From Lama glama (lineage: Eukaryota), in NCBI GenBank assembly GCA_028534125.1, contig CM052816.1, positions 64,854,001 to 64,918,000 of the forward strand: a DNA stretch of 64,000 nucleotides. Direction: 5' to 3'. Of this stretch, positions 52,506 through 64,000 are shown in pieces. Each line of letters opens with the position of its first letter. Within the stretch, counting starts at the first letter, position 1. The notes below the pieces were generated by a model that was not told the DNA's origin, did no database searches, and worked only from the letters and a program-made list of their open reading frames with translations. A program made the position numbers and the translations under genes.

Positions 52506-54252
52506 GACTCTAAGTGGTCCACTCTCTTCCATCCTTAGTTCTCAGCATGTGTGAGGACATTTTTCCCCTTTAAGGCTGCTCTTTATGTTTACTTTAAACT
52601 TCATCTTTCCTTCTGTAAATAATGGGGCTTCTATTGTAAAAGGGCAGACTAAAGATATTTCTTCTACCCTTCTCCTAAGAATTTGCCTGAAAAAAAAGGA
52701 GAGAAATATGAATTTACCTTCATAAAAGTTGAACACTAACCCCCAGAAGATAATATATGGGAAGTGCTGCCCATGCAGGGAGGTCAAACACGGGTGCAGA
52801 AAGACTCCCAGAGTGGGTGTTTGTGGACGCAGAGCTTAGACGAAGCTGGCAGGGAACTGTTTTCCTAAGTAGACAGCACTCTGAAAGGCAAATCCAATTG
52901 CCCCTTCTTTGGAATCACAGGAACAACATCTACCTGTGATGAGGGTGGGAGGCTGGATTCCTGGACCTTATTTCATCCCACAGAGAAATGGAAAAACCAG
53001 AGGTGAGTTAAAAATAAAAACCATGTAGAAATGCCGCCTTTGGTCTGTCTCCTGCTGAGGCAGGGTGCAGGAGAGGCTGAAATGAGTTCTGCTCTCTCGC
53101 CGCTAATATCTGTTGGCTGGAGAGGGGTAAAAGCTAAAAGAAGTCACGCATGTAGCCTCGTCATAGTGAGATTCTCCCTGAACCGCTGAGAATTCCTGCT
53201 AGCCGGGAACTGCTCACTCCCTCCCCAACAAGTACCACCTCTAACATCTAGGTAGGAAGCACTTAATTTAATGATGAGCAATAAAAGGCAACCAGCACAG
53301 CTCCATACAAAGACAGTACAAGACAAAAGGAGGGAGGGGGCAGGGGGTATATACAGCCGAAAAACACCTTCACAATAACAAGTGGCCCCCAAGATGCTGA
53401 AAGTTACGTCCAAATAAGTGGCTACGAACTAACAGAACTTAGGGGAACAATGAAGAGGCTCAAAGCAGAGCAACTGAGAGCTCGGGGAAACTGACAGGGG
53501 CACCACAGAGGAGATGAACCAAGATCCTCAAGAGTTCAGGAAGGAGGCAGGAGAGGAAAATAAAGCCATCATGGAAATTCAGTCATACTGGTGTAAACAC
53601 AAAGGAGAATTAAACACTGCTGACATCAGTGAAGATTAGGTGGGCAGGATTAAGAAAAGCAAGCAAAATAAACTAGAAATGAACAAAGTTAGAATGGATT
53701 AAAGAGAATATGGAAGACATGGCAGACAAAAGAATTGCAACATATGCCTCATTTGTATCCTCCAAGAGGAAGCCTGGAGATATTCAGTAAAATGCTTTAG
53801 AAAATTAAATCAGACTCAACTCTACACATGAAAAGGGCACACCGTAGTCCAGGAAAAGCGAATACAGAATGATCAACATTGACACATATCCAGGTAAATT
53901 TACCAGCCTTCGAAGACAAATTCTTCTGTCATCCAGGCAAAAATCAAACTATTGTAAAGGGTGGGGAAATCAAGCTGTTATAACAGCAAAAAAAAAAAAA
54001 AATACACAGGGATATCAAAAAGCAAGAGAAGGGGTTATAAAATGTGAGTAACAAATTTTAACCAAACATATGACCATAACAATAAATTTAAATTATCTAA
54101 CTCATCTATTAAAAGACATTTTCAAATATATAAAAAGAGTGACATCCAATTATGTGGAACAATAAAATAACAATGATAAGATATAATAGTAAGATATACC
54201 TGAAACAGTGAAGCCCAGAAAAGGCTGAAGACAAAGAGTTGAGTAGAGACAT

Positions 54253-54600
54253 TGCTATGGGCTGAACTGTGTCCCCTCTTCAGATTCGCATGTTGAAGCC
54301 CTAACCCCCATGTGATTATATATTGGAGATGAGTAAGGGGGCGAATTAAGGTTAAATAAGGTCATAAGGGTGGGGCCCTTCTAAGAAGTGGAAGAGACAC
54401 CAGAGCTTTCTTTTGCCATGTGAAGACACAGCGAGAAGGCAGCAGTGTCCACGCCAGGAAGAGGGCTCTCACCAGAACCTGACCACACTGCCACCTTGGT
54501 TTTGGACTTGCCAGTGTTTAGAACTGTGAGAAAGTAGGGCTTTGTTGTTCGAGCCACCCAGTTTATGGTATTTTGTTAGAGCAGCCCAAACTGACTAACA
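54253..54600 (+). mobile_element. MaLR LTR (MLT1A-like)
   Basis: tgctatgggctgaactgtgtcccc...gttgaagccctaaccccca...ggtattttgttagagcagcccaaactgactaaca. Confidence 0.85.
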
Positions 54601-55467
54601 GAAAGGGAGGGGGGAGGGAAAAGCAGCATTTATAACTGTGTGGTGGTGTTCAAAACAAAAACCATCCAATTAGGCAAAAAGTGTACTTGATAACAGTAAA
54701 GGATGGAGCTCATGATGTAATTTAATGGGATGAATAAATTCTCATGGAAGACATGGTGCCAAAGTTACGGGAAATAGGAATAGATAGGAATGCTTTAATC
54801 GTAGGAAACTTCAATCCTTATCTCTTACCTAGTGACAGATAAAGTAGAAAAAGCATGTGAAGATACAGATGGCCTAATGGACATAATCACTAAGATAGCT
54901 CTTAAACATACAGCAAGCTGTTCACTGTGAAAACATATAGTTTCCTTTCAGGTATCAAGGGAGCAGTCACAAAAATTAACTACAAGTTAAACCACAAAGA
55001 CAACTGATAATTTTCCCCCCAAAAATAGACAATATTCTATGATGACCATTTTCATAATGGTCATCAGAAAGTAATAATAAAAATAGAAAAAGAAAGCCTT
55101 CTTACCTCCTAGACGTTAAAGAACACACGTTAAATAATTATTGAAACTGAAACTGCAGGCTACTTAGAAAGCAGCAAAAATTAAAACATGACACATTGGA
55201 GACTATGAGATCATGCTGAAGCAGTGCCTAGAGGAAAATTTGTAGCATTAAATACTTATAATTAAGAATTACATTAAGTGAATTAAGCAAATACCAGAAC
55301 TTACGAAATAGAGAAAAAAAGTTATAGAATAAAACGTTAACAAAGATAAAAGCAGAAATGAATAAATTTGAAAAAAATTTTAAATGGCAAAACTAAGTCC
55401 ATGAGTTGTGCCTGAATAAAACTTTAAATAAAACTGTTTGCTATGGTCATGTTTTGGAAATGATCTA

Positions 55468-55932
55468 ATTTTTATGGTGTAAAATATACATAACATAAAT
55501 TTGCCATTTTAAAGTGTAAAATTCAGTGGTATTAATTATATTTACAATGTTGTACAATCATTGCCACTATCTGTTTCCAAAAGTTTTCATCACCCTGAAC
55601 AGACGCTCTGTGCCCATCAGGCAATAACTTCCCTTCTCCCCTCGCTCCAGCCCCTAGTCACCTCGAATCTACTTTCTGTTTGCATCAATTTGTGTAATCT
55701 AGATATTCCATGTAAGTGGAAGCATACAATATTTGTCCATTTTTGTCTGACTTATTTCACTTAGCATAATTTTTTCAAGGTTCATCCATACTGTAGCATG
55801 TGTCAGAACTTCTTTCCATTTTATGTCTGAATAATACTTCTTGCATGTATAACCACATTTTATTTATTCATTCATCTGTTGATGGACATTTGGATTGCTT
55901 CCACCTGCTGGCTATTGTGAATAATGCTGCAA
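55468..55932 (-). mobile_element. L1MB-like 3' UTR nested in the old L1
   Basis: aaaatatacataacataaatttgccattttaa...ttcatctgttgatggacatttggattgcttccac. Confidence 0.8.
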
Positions 55933-56681
55933 CAGGCTTACTTTTGTAAGGGAGAAAGCAGAAATCGATGAAAAAAGACAGCAAGAGCAGAGAAATAATC
56001 ACAGATAAATTAACAAAGATTGTAGGAGACTTATTTGCTCAACCATAAGCAAATATATTTAAAATCTAGATAAAATATGTAATTTCCAGAAAAGCAAAAG
56101 TTCTAAGGCTGGCCCCAGGAGAGTTGGAAAATCTAAAGCACTCAATTACACTTGGAAAAACAGGAAAGTTGTTGAAAGTCTGCCCCTCGCCCTAACTACC
56201 TGGTGCCAAAGCTTTCACAGGTGAACTCTCTATAACTTTAAACAAGCAATCACTCCATTGCTTTTTAAACTCTTCTAGAAAAAGAAGAAGAGCCTCTGAT
56301 TTCTTTTTATAAAGTAAAGATTACGTTGCTGCCGAAGTCTGCCATGGAATATCCACAATAAAATGAAGGAAAACCACAGACGAGTGTCTCTTGTGACTAT
56401 CAGTGCAAAAGTCTTCAATAATATATTAGCAAACAGAATCCAAGGTGCCAGAAAAAGAAAAATAGAACACGACCAAGTGAGGTTTATTCCAGGATAGCTT
56501 AGTATTAGAAAACCTATCAATGTAACTCACCTTACTAATGTATTAAAACATGGGTGTTCATACCCTTGGTTGCTGAAACTGTTTGCTATAAAAGTAAAAT
56601 CCATGATGAATTATGGAAAAAAACATAAAACAGACCTCAATTCATATTACCTTAATATAACAGATTTAGCTTACCTCAAAA

Positions 56682-57360
56682 GGTGCAGCCACTGTGGAAA
56701 ACAGTATGGAGATTCCTCAAAAGACTAGGAATAGACTTAACATATGACCCAGGAATCCCACTCCTGGGCTTATATCCAGAAGGAACCCTACTTCAAAAAG
56801 ACACCTGCACCCCAATGTTCCTAGCAGCACTATTTACAATAGCCTAAATGGACATGGAAACAGCCTAAATGTCCATCAACAGATGACTGGATAAAGAAGA
56901 TGTGGAATGGAATACTATTCAGCCATAAAAACCAACAACATAATGCCATTTGCAGCAACATGGATGTTCCTGGAGAACTGGAGAATGTCATTCTAAGTGG
57001 TAAGCCAGAAAGAGAAAGAAAAATACCATATGAGATCACTTATATGTGGAATCTAAAAAAAAAACCAAAACAATACAAAACAGAAACAGACTCATAGACA
57101 TAGAATACAAACTTGTGATTGCCAAGGGGGTGGTGGGTGGGAAGGGACAGACTGGTTTTCAAAATGTTGAATAGATAAACAAGATTACACTGTATAGCAC
57201 AGGGAAATATATACAAGATCTTGTGGTAGCTCACAGCAAAAAAAAAAAGTGACAACGAATATATGTATGTTCACATATAACTGAAAAATAGTGCTCTACA
57301 CTGGAATTTGACACAACATTGTAAAAATGACTATAACTCAATAAAAAATGTTAAAAATAA

Positions 57361-57407
<47 letters not shown>

Positions 57408-57444
57408 CAGTTGGAATAAATTAAGTTTACTCAAAAAAAAAAAA
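56682..57444 (+). mobile_element. Young camelid L1, 5'-truncated, with (TAAA)n and A12 tail
   Basis: ggtgcagccactgtggaaaacagtatggagattcctcaaaagactaggaatagac... through the shared young 3' end; (TAAA)n about 57358-57407. Confidence 0.9.
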
Positions 57445-60400
57445 GTCAGCTCATGCCTGATAGGTAAACAACTGAAGCGTTCACACTCAGGACAAGAATG
57501 TCACTATCATCACATTGGTGAACATTAATCTTGAAGTACTAGCCAACTTTTTAGATGAGAGAAAATATGAGATGTACAAATGCAAAAGGAGGAGGTAAAG
57601 TCATCATATTTACAAAGACTATGACTCTGCCTAGAAAACAAGGAAATTAACTGAATGATCACAGCCAATAATAAACAGTAAGAGAACTGAGTAGTGTGGC
57701 TTGATACAAAAATCAATAGTTTTTATACATAGAAACAATTGGTGCCAAGATGCAATTGAAGAAAGGAAAGAAGCTGATTCTAAAGATTTTATGGAAAAAT
57801 AAGCACACAAGAATAGCCAGGAAAAACTGTGACTCAGGAAAGCAATGAGAAACATGAGTGATCTGAACACATACTACAAAGCTAAAATAATCATAGCTCT
57901 CTGGGGCACAGATAGCTACAACAATGGTACAAAAAAGAATGTTCACTTCTTTTTGTGGATCACAGTAAAAAAGTTTGAAAACTCCTACATATGTCATATA
58001 TGTTTTCCATAATAATACATGTACATGTGTACTTGGATATGCATAGAACAGCTTTGGACATATTGATGTATTCAAGAAACTGCCACAGTAGTTGAGCGGC
58101 TGAGAGGCAGAGATGGGGAGGATATTTCACTTTACGTTCTTTTATAACTTGAATTTTGTACCATTTACATTATTATCTCTTCACAAAAGTAACTCATCTT
58201 TTCCCCAAGTCCAACATAGGATATGAATAAGGTAAAAAATACTGCGGATGGGTGTGGAATGATTTGCTTGGATCATTCCAATAAGGGCTTTGAATGTTTA
58301 CTTGCCTGTGTCTGGAAGCTTTCCAGACCTAAATTCCCCCAAGAGAGACTTCAGGGAATCGTACCAGAGTGGACACATTGACATTAGGTTTTTCCAATTT
58401 TTCCCACTCTAGCCTTTCCTCTCTTCATTCAGTCTGCAGTGGGAGGCCAGGGTGTGGCTTGGATGTAGAGGCTTAATCATTAGCGCCATCACCTCCACTC
58501 AGCTGACACTGATAAAACCCAAGCAGCCTCGGGATAACACGCAATGCACGTGATAGACATGTGCTTGCAAACACATGTTTAGGCAAAGTCCATAGCTTCC
58601 TCTTCTCAGTAGACTCCTGCTCCGCTCCCTTCCTATATAGAAACTCTGGAGTCTGCCACATGCCTGCCTGTTTCCCACGTCTCCAAGAGAAAAGGGCTGT
58701 CCTCTTTTCTTCTGAGAAAACACCACAATTTGCCGGTCAGCACGAAGAATGTTCCCAGTGTACTGAACTTCGGTTTCAGATGGCAACTCAAACATGGATG
58801 TGTTTATGTTACCCTTTATGAATATTCCCATCAGCAAAGCCTTTGGTAAGTAGTAGGGGAAGTGGCTAAGCAGAATAAATTCCAGTCTTGAAGCTCCTTT
58901 TTTATCCTGCCCTTTTGGGGAAGAGGCTATAAAAGCTCAGGGTGGTGGCTGGGTCTTGAAGGTCAGGGTCATTATCAAACATTTGCTGAGACTTTAACGA
59001 GAACGTATGTCTGTACTAGGTCAATATGCACAGTTGTGCCGGGAAGGAAGGCGGGGTTCTGATACAAGGACTCTCTCTGGAAAATACCCGGCCACCAGTT
59101 CTTTGAATTGAAAATGTCGTCCGAGGAGAACTCGGAACGTCTTAAGTTGTCAGAGCAAGAGGACACCTCTCAGGGAAGCAGGGCTAAAACTTGGGTTTTG
59201 ACTTGGGAAACACCCAAAAAAGGCCAAGCTCCTGTGTGCTCAGCGTGTAATTCTGCCTTAAAACAAATTTTGTTTTCTATTTTTTTTTAAGCTACTGAGC
59301 CCTTAAATTTGTTATAACCAACTGAGAAAAAAATCTCATTTTATCTTCATTCCTAAAATTGTTTAAGCACCGGTTATAAATAGAAAAACTTCCTCAAATG
59401 AAAAACATTACACGTGGGTTTTACCTTTAAATGTATTTTGTTGATATTTCATCACGGGTTCTGGCAGCAAAAGCTGCCGAGGTAAGGAATCTGACGTAGT
59501 TAATTTATTGTGCTCTGTATACAGCAGCGAGGATGCTTTTCCTGAAAAACATCATTTTGCTGAAGTCCCTTTCTTGCTGAAATCTAAGTTAGCTGCCCAC
59601 ATCACTTGATTTCCCACAGCAAGTTATTCTAAGCCCTCACTGTCATTTTTATTTCCTCTCCTCCTCTGAATCTTCCTCTCCATCTGCAGGATTCCTGTTT
59701 CTTTGCTTCGCCAAGTAGCTGTGTGGCTAAGAGCCAGTCACTAGAGTCTTAAGGTCTTTTGTCTTGGCCCCATATGAGATGTATCAGAGTCAGTGTGAAG
59801 GTGTCCTGTGACTTTTGAAATTTGAAAGTAAAGCAGCCAAGAAGCTTGACATTGAGAATAACCTGCATCGGGCTCTGTTTCCCCCATTACTTAGGAAGGA
59901 AAGCTAGTGGTGAACAAGCAGATTCAGAGCTCACATTGTTGCCACATGATCCAAGGAAGCAATGTGTATCTTTCAAGATCAAAATAAAAAAAATTTTTTT
60001 CCCTCAAAGTTACCCACTGCATTCATCTTTTTTCCCTCTTGGTACTGAAGTTATTTCAAAATTTCAAATAACACTAAAGGATTTGTGGTTGTCCAAAACT
60101 GTGGGTTTTTTTTTTTTTTGGAGTGACTTAAGGATTTTTAAGTCACTTTTCAGCTCTGAAAATCATATGACTCTGAACATGTGCCCTTCCTCAGCTCAGG
60201 AAGCCGTTTAGAGCAAACTGACTTATCTGCTTTATCCAGGCTGTGCTTCTTCCCTTCTTACAGCCATCTCCTCCATCTGAAATATTCTTCTTTGACCTTC
60301 TGACAAACCGTGAGCCTCCTAGATTCCCTGCCCGAGGTGAATTATTCCATCTGGACTGGACCGCTGTGTGCAGCCTGGGAGCCTCCTTATCTTTAAGGTA

Positions 60401-60477
60401 TGGGGCAAAATATAGATGAGAGAATCCACTGTGGTAGAAGCAGTAGTTATAATAAAAACAAAACCAGTCATTTTATG

Positions 60478-60705
60478 GTGATAATAGCAGCTAACATTTA
60501 TTTGTTGGACTCCTTTTATGTGCTAAGCATTCTATGTTCATTATCTTACTACCTCTTCACAACAACCTGTTGGGTGGGTGGTGGTGTTAACCCAGCTTTT
60601 GGAAGGGGAAACTGAAACTTAGACGTTGTAGAACTTGCTTAAGGTGGCGACTGGTAGAGCCAGGCTGCAAACCAACGTCGTGCGACTTCCATGACCCATG
60701 CTTTT
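60478..60705 (-). mobile_element. MIR SINE
   Basis: aatagcagctaacatttatt...tatgtgctaagca...cctcttcacaacaacct...ggggaaactgaaacttaga...aacttgcttaaggt. Confidence 0.7.
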
Positions 60706-62559
60706 ACCTGTGTATATTCACATTGTTTTTATCTGCGTCTGCGCAATCTTTCTCATGAGACTCCTGGAAGGCAGGTCATGGTCCCTTTAATTCTTTTATA
60801 TCTCATCAGAAGGCTGTAACAAAAGATGTCACAGAAAAACTTCTAACTGGCATTACTTCTTAGGGGAAAAGAATTCTCAAGCAAGCTATCACTGAGCAGG
60901 TTACCTGAATCAGAATTAATTTTCGCCAATAGCAGGATACATTCCACAGGCCTTCAGGTGACAGAAGGCTTTAAAGGTTTTGTGTAAGTTGTTCCTCTTT
61001 GTCATATCTTGACCCTCCTTCTGAGTGCTGGAGTTGCCTAATCGGGATTCTGAATACGAAAGATACAGACTGCTCACTTAGAAGTCATGTTAATGGCTAA
61101 AAAAGATTATAGTCAGTTCCAACATGATAAGATTAGTCTCCTAGGACTGAGTTATTTTGGTGCATTAATTTAAACTTCTTTTAGTGGCCGTTGGCTTTCT
61201 GCTTAATGCCAATTGAGGCAACAGATTAATTCCCTGTAAATAGTGGAATGTCTTGTTGCTTAATTCCGGATTTTATGAAGAACTAAGATATTTATTGATT
61301 AAACAAATAACTGCTGCATCCTCGAAAGCTCCTGGGACAGTGTTTTACTCTAGCATCTCAAACTTTTTATGCAATTAAGTGACCAACAAATGTATCTTGA
61401 TGATGAGACTGGTGATAATTCTGGAGTGTTCATTTTAGACGTCTTAAAAATTACATTCTCCAGAGCAGCTCAGTTCGTAAGTAATTTTGGGATTGTGTTA
61501 TTTCAGAGGGAAATAAACAGAAAGGAAGATTTTTAATAGTGTAAATTTCTCTGAGATATTAAAAATGCCACGGGCTGCCCACTCTTTTCTGTAAATTGAG
61601 GTGCAATGGGGCACTTTGTTTCTTACTGTCTATCTGGGTCAAGAAGAGGCCTCTGACTCCTGTTTATTCTTCACCTCTCTTATTCTCATTTAGAAAAAAT
61701 CTGACAATTTCTGGTTTTAGTTCTCTCTTTCAATCTTCTACCATTTTTCAAAGATGACTCTCTGCCCATCATCTTAGAATAAAGTCTCCAAAGGGAAGAA
61801 AGGACAAGCTAAGTGTGGGAGTTAGCCGGGGTTACTTGCTCCCCCTTGCTGTGTGCACTGCCTCACCGCTCGTTTCTTCTCCTCTGCCCTGACCTTCTGT
61901 TGCACAGGTCTGTTGGACAGCGAGTGAATACACGAGCTCTGGGATCACACCCTCTAGGTTTGAGTTCATTGTGTGACATTGGGCAAGTTTATCTGTAAAA
62001 CGGGGCAAGAGCACCTACTTTAGGGAATTGGCATGGGGATTCATGTAAAGTGCCTTGGATGGGGTAAACTCCTAGTGAGAGGTCCCTAGATATTAGTTAT
62101 GATTGTTTACCTTCCCTTTGAGCTTCTGGCCTCTTGGCTTACTCTCTGCCTCTTCTGCTCTGTCCTACAAAAGGTAATGAGATTCATCTTCAAACAATGC
62201 TGTTTTGATCTTATTATTGGCTGGTGAAATAGAAAGAAAACCTTCAGTGGTTTCCCATGGCTATGAAATAAAATTCAAAGTTTTCAATGTGGCATCCAAA
62301 GTCTTCTGTAATCTCACTTCAACCCCATGGTTTGATGAATGCCTCATTCTTCTGCTAAGGATGCTTTGAGGCATAGCCATTAAGATGACAAGCACTCTGG
62401 TGATTCTGATAAAGGTTGTCTAAAGGATACTTTGAAAGATGTTGCTTTAGTGCTATCTATCAAGTGATGTCTACTATATACACTGCATGTTTTTATGTAT
62501 AAACCTTATTCCTCTGGATTTTAATTGTCTCAAGGGCAAGAACTTGGTCTTTGTATCTC

Positions 62560-63105
62560 TGCAGAAAAGATTTAACATAGCAGACCTGAGACTGCTTCTC
62601 TTGGGAAGGCTTGCTTGCAAGGCTGTCCCTTGGTTGGCATCTAGGAATTTGGCCTCAGAGTGCTCTCAGTCAATAATTAACTGATAAGTGTGGTTTATTG
62701 TGCCTAGGTTTTGTGCAAACAATATAGTTTTTACTGGAATATCTGCTTTGCCTCTGAGAGTCTGGAATTTTCAGACTGCGTACGTGACCAGCCCACAATA
62801 GAAACCTCAGGTGCTGAGTTCTCTGAGGAACTTCCCTAGGCAGAATCATTGCATACATGTTGCAACTTTTTCATTGTCATGGAAAGTGTTCTCTGTGCAC
62901 CCTCTCATTGGAGGGAGAGAGCATAAGGAAGCCTGTATATGGAAGTCCTTCGAGTCTCCACGTGTTTTTTCCCCTTATGATCTGGCTCTGTCTGTGTCTT
63001 TGCTGTATTTCTTAATACAGTGTAAGGCTCTTAGCTGTAAGTGCAACTATAAGCTGAGTTCTGTGAGCTTGTCCAGTGAATGTCCAGATACAGGGGTGGT
63101 CTTGA
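62560..63105 (+). mobile_element. MER68-like ERV-L LTR
   Basis: tgcagaaaagatttaacatagcagacctgagactgct...gcttgcaaggctg...cccttggttggcatct matches the recalled MER68 5' end. Confidence 0.75.
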
Positions 63106-63869
63106 TGCAGTATCCCTTCCAAAACAATTTTTGTAATAGGTGCTCAGTAGATCTTTTGTGATTGTCACAAGTCTCCCAAACATTGTAGATACTTAAAAAA
63201 TTTAAACACTTTCTTTTTTGGGGGGACAATAAATAAATTTTTTGTACAATAAGCAAATTTTTAAAATGAAAATAAAGAGAAATTATTTTGGCTTCTTTAA
63301 ACTATCGTTACATGATCAGGCTAAAATTTTAAATGTATGATAGTTTCGAGGTATCCTTTCACTGCTTACAATGACTGATTCTGGTTCGCTTATTTATTTT
63401 CTTTTCCTTCTTTGCACTTCAAGCAAGATTTGAAATTTCAACCAGTTCTTTTGGGCTTTTGTGGTGCAGAATCAAGGGAAAAGGTAGAGAGAGAGAAGGA
63501 ATGAGGTTTGAGGACTGGATCTGGGAGAGGAGTTTTGGTGGAAGGTCTGAAGGAGATAGGTAGATCAAAGATCTTGTGTGATATGGGATAACTGTATGAA
63601 ACAAAGGAGCTTTTATAGACTGTTGCTGTGGACTGAGTCCCTTTCACAGTGTTTGAGAGATGCGAAAAGAGAATTTGTTGTTCCGAATGACCTCTTCGTG
63701 GCTGAGCTGGTTTTCATTGATTAATGACCCATCGTAAGAAAAAATCATGTTCACAGTTCAGGTCTTATGTGTTGCATTGATTTTACTTGGGAATAGGAAC
63801 CATATCATTTGTAGTTCTGAATTTAGAATGTGTGAATTTCCAATAAGTTCTTGATGATACTGACTGATT

Positions 63870-64000
63870 GCTTCATTCACAAGCATTTATTGAGTGCCTT
63901 TGGGGTGCCAGGCCCCAGGTGCGGAGCTCCACAGAGGAGCAAAAAGAAGTCCTTGCCCACATGGGAGAGAGAAGGCTGTCTTGCACCCCACATTTCCAAT
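63870..64000 (-). mobile_element. L2 3' end
   Basis: ttcattcacaagcatttattgagtgcct...gtgccaggc...gtccttgccc. Confidence 0.65.

Larger units (their letters stand above)
53450..58180 (+). mobile_element. Old, long, degraded L1M hosting nested insertions
   Basis: A-rich, with ORF1- and ORF2-like remnants (aactcatctattaaaagac; aaaatattagcaaacagaatcc-like; atacaaaaatcaatag). Interrupted by MLT1A, an antisense L1MB and a young L1. Confidence 0.7.

Overview
Mammalian genomic DNA, AT-rich and repeat-dense. It is very probably camelid (alpaca/camel), judging from the tRNA-Ala-derived vic-1-type SINEs and a recurrent young L1 3' end. Bases 1-13.4 kb hold the last four coding exons and 3' UTR of DEPDC1B (+ strand); the splice phases join into about 230 C-terminal residues ending ...RTRSFRM*. 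The rest is intergenic; from the recalled human gene order it runs toward PART1/PDE4D, which cannot be verified here. It contains a full-length EIF3F processed pseudogene with poly(A) and a 12-bp TSD, a 3' EEF1A1 retro-fragment, a second ERV1-like solo LTR (a related one lies in the last DEPDC1B intron), a 5'-truncated ERV-L provirus, and many MaLR, L1, L2, MIR, SINE and DNA-transposon relics. There is one 100-N assembly gap. I found no CRISPR array, RNA gene or convincing new protein-coding system. The most unusual signal is a cluster within about 7 kb (30.5-37.6 kb) of three apparently templated insertions with no TSD or poly(A): a 168-bp copy 2030 bp away, an EEF1A1 fragment ending in a re-copied 41-nt piece of itself, and a 27-bp inverted copy inside an MLT1 LTR. 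Repeat family names and human comparisons come from recognition and memory, not from a search; repeat boundaries are approximate.
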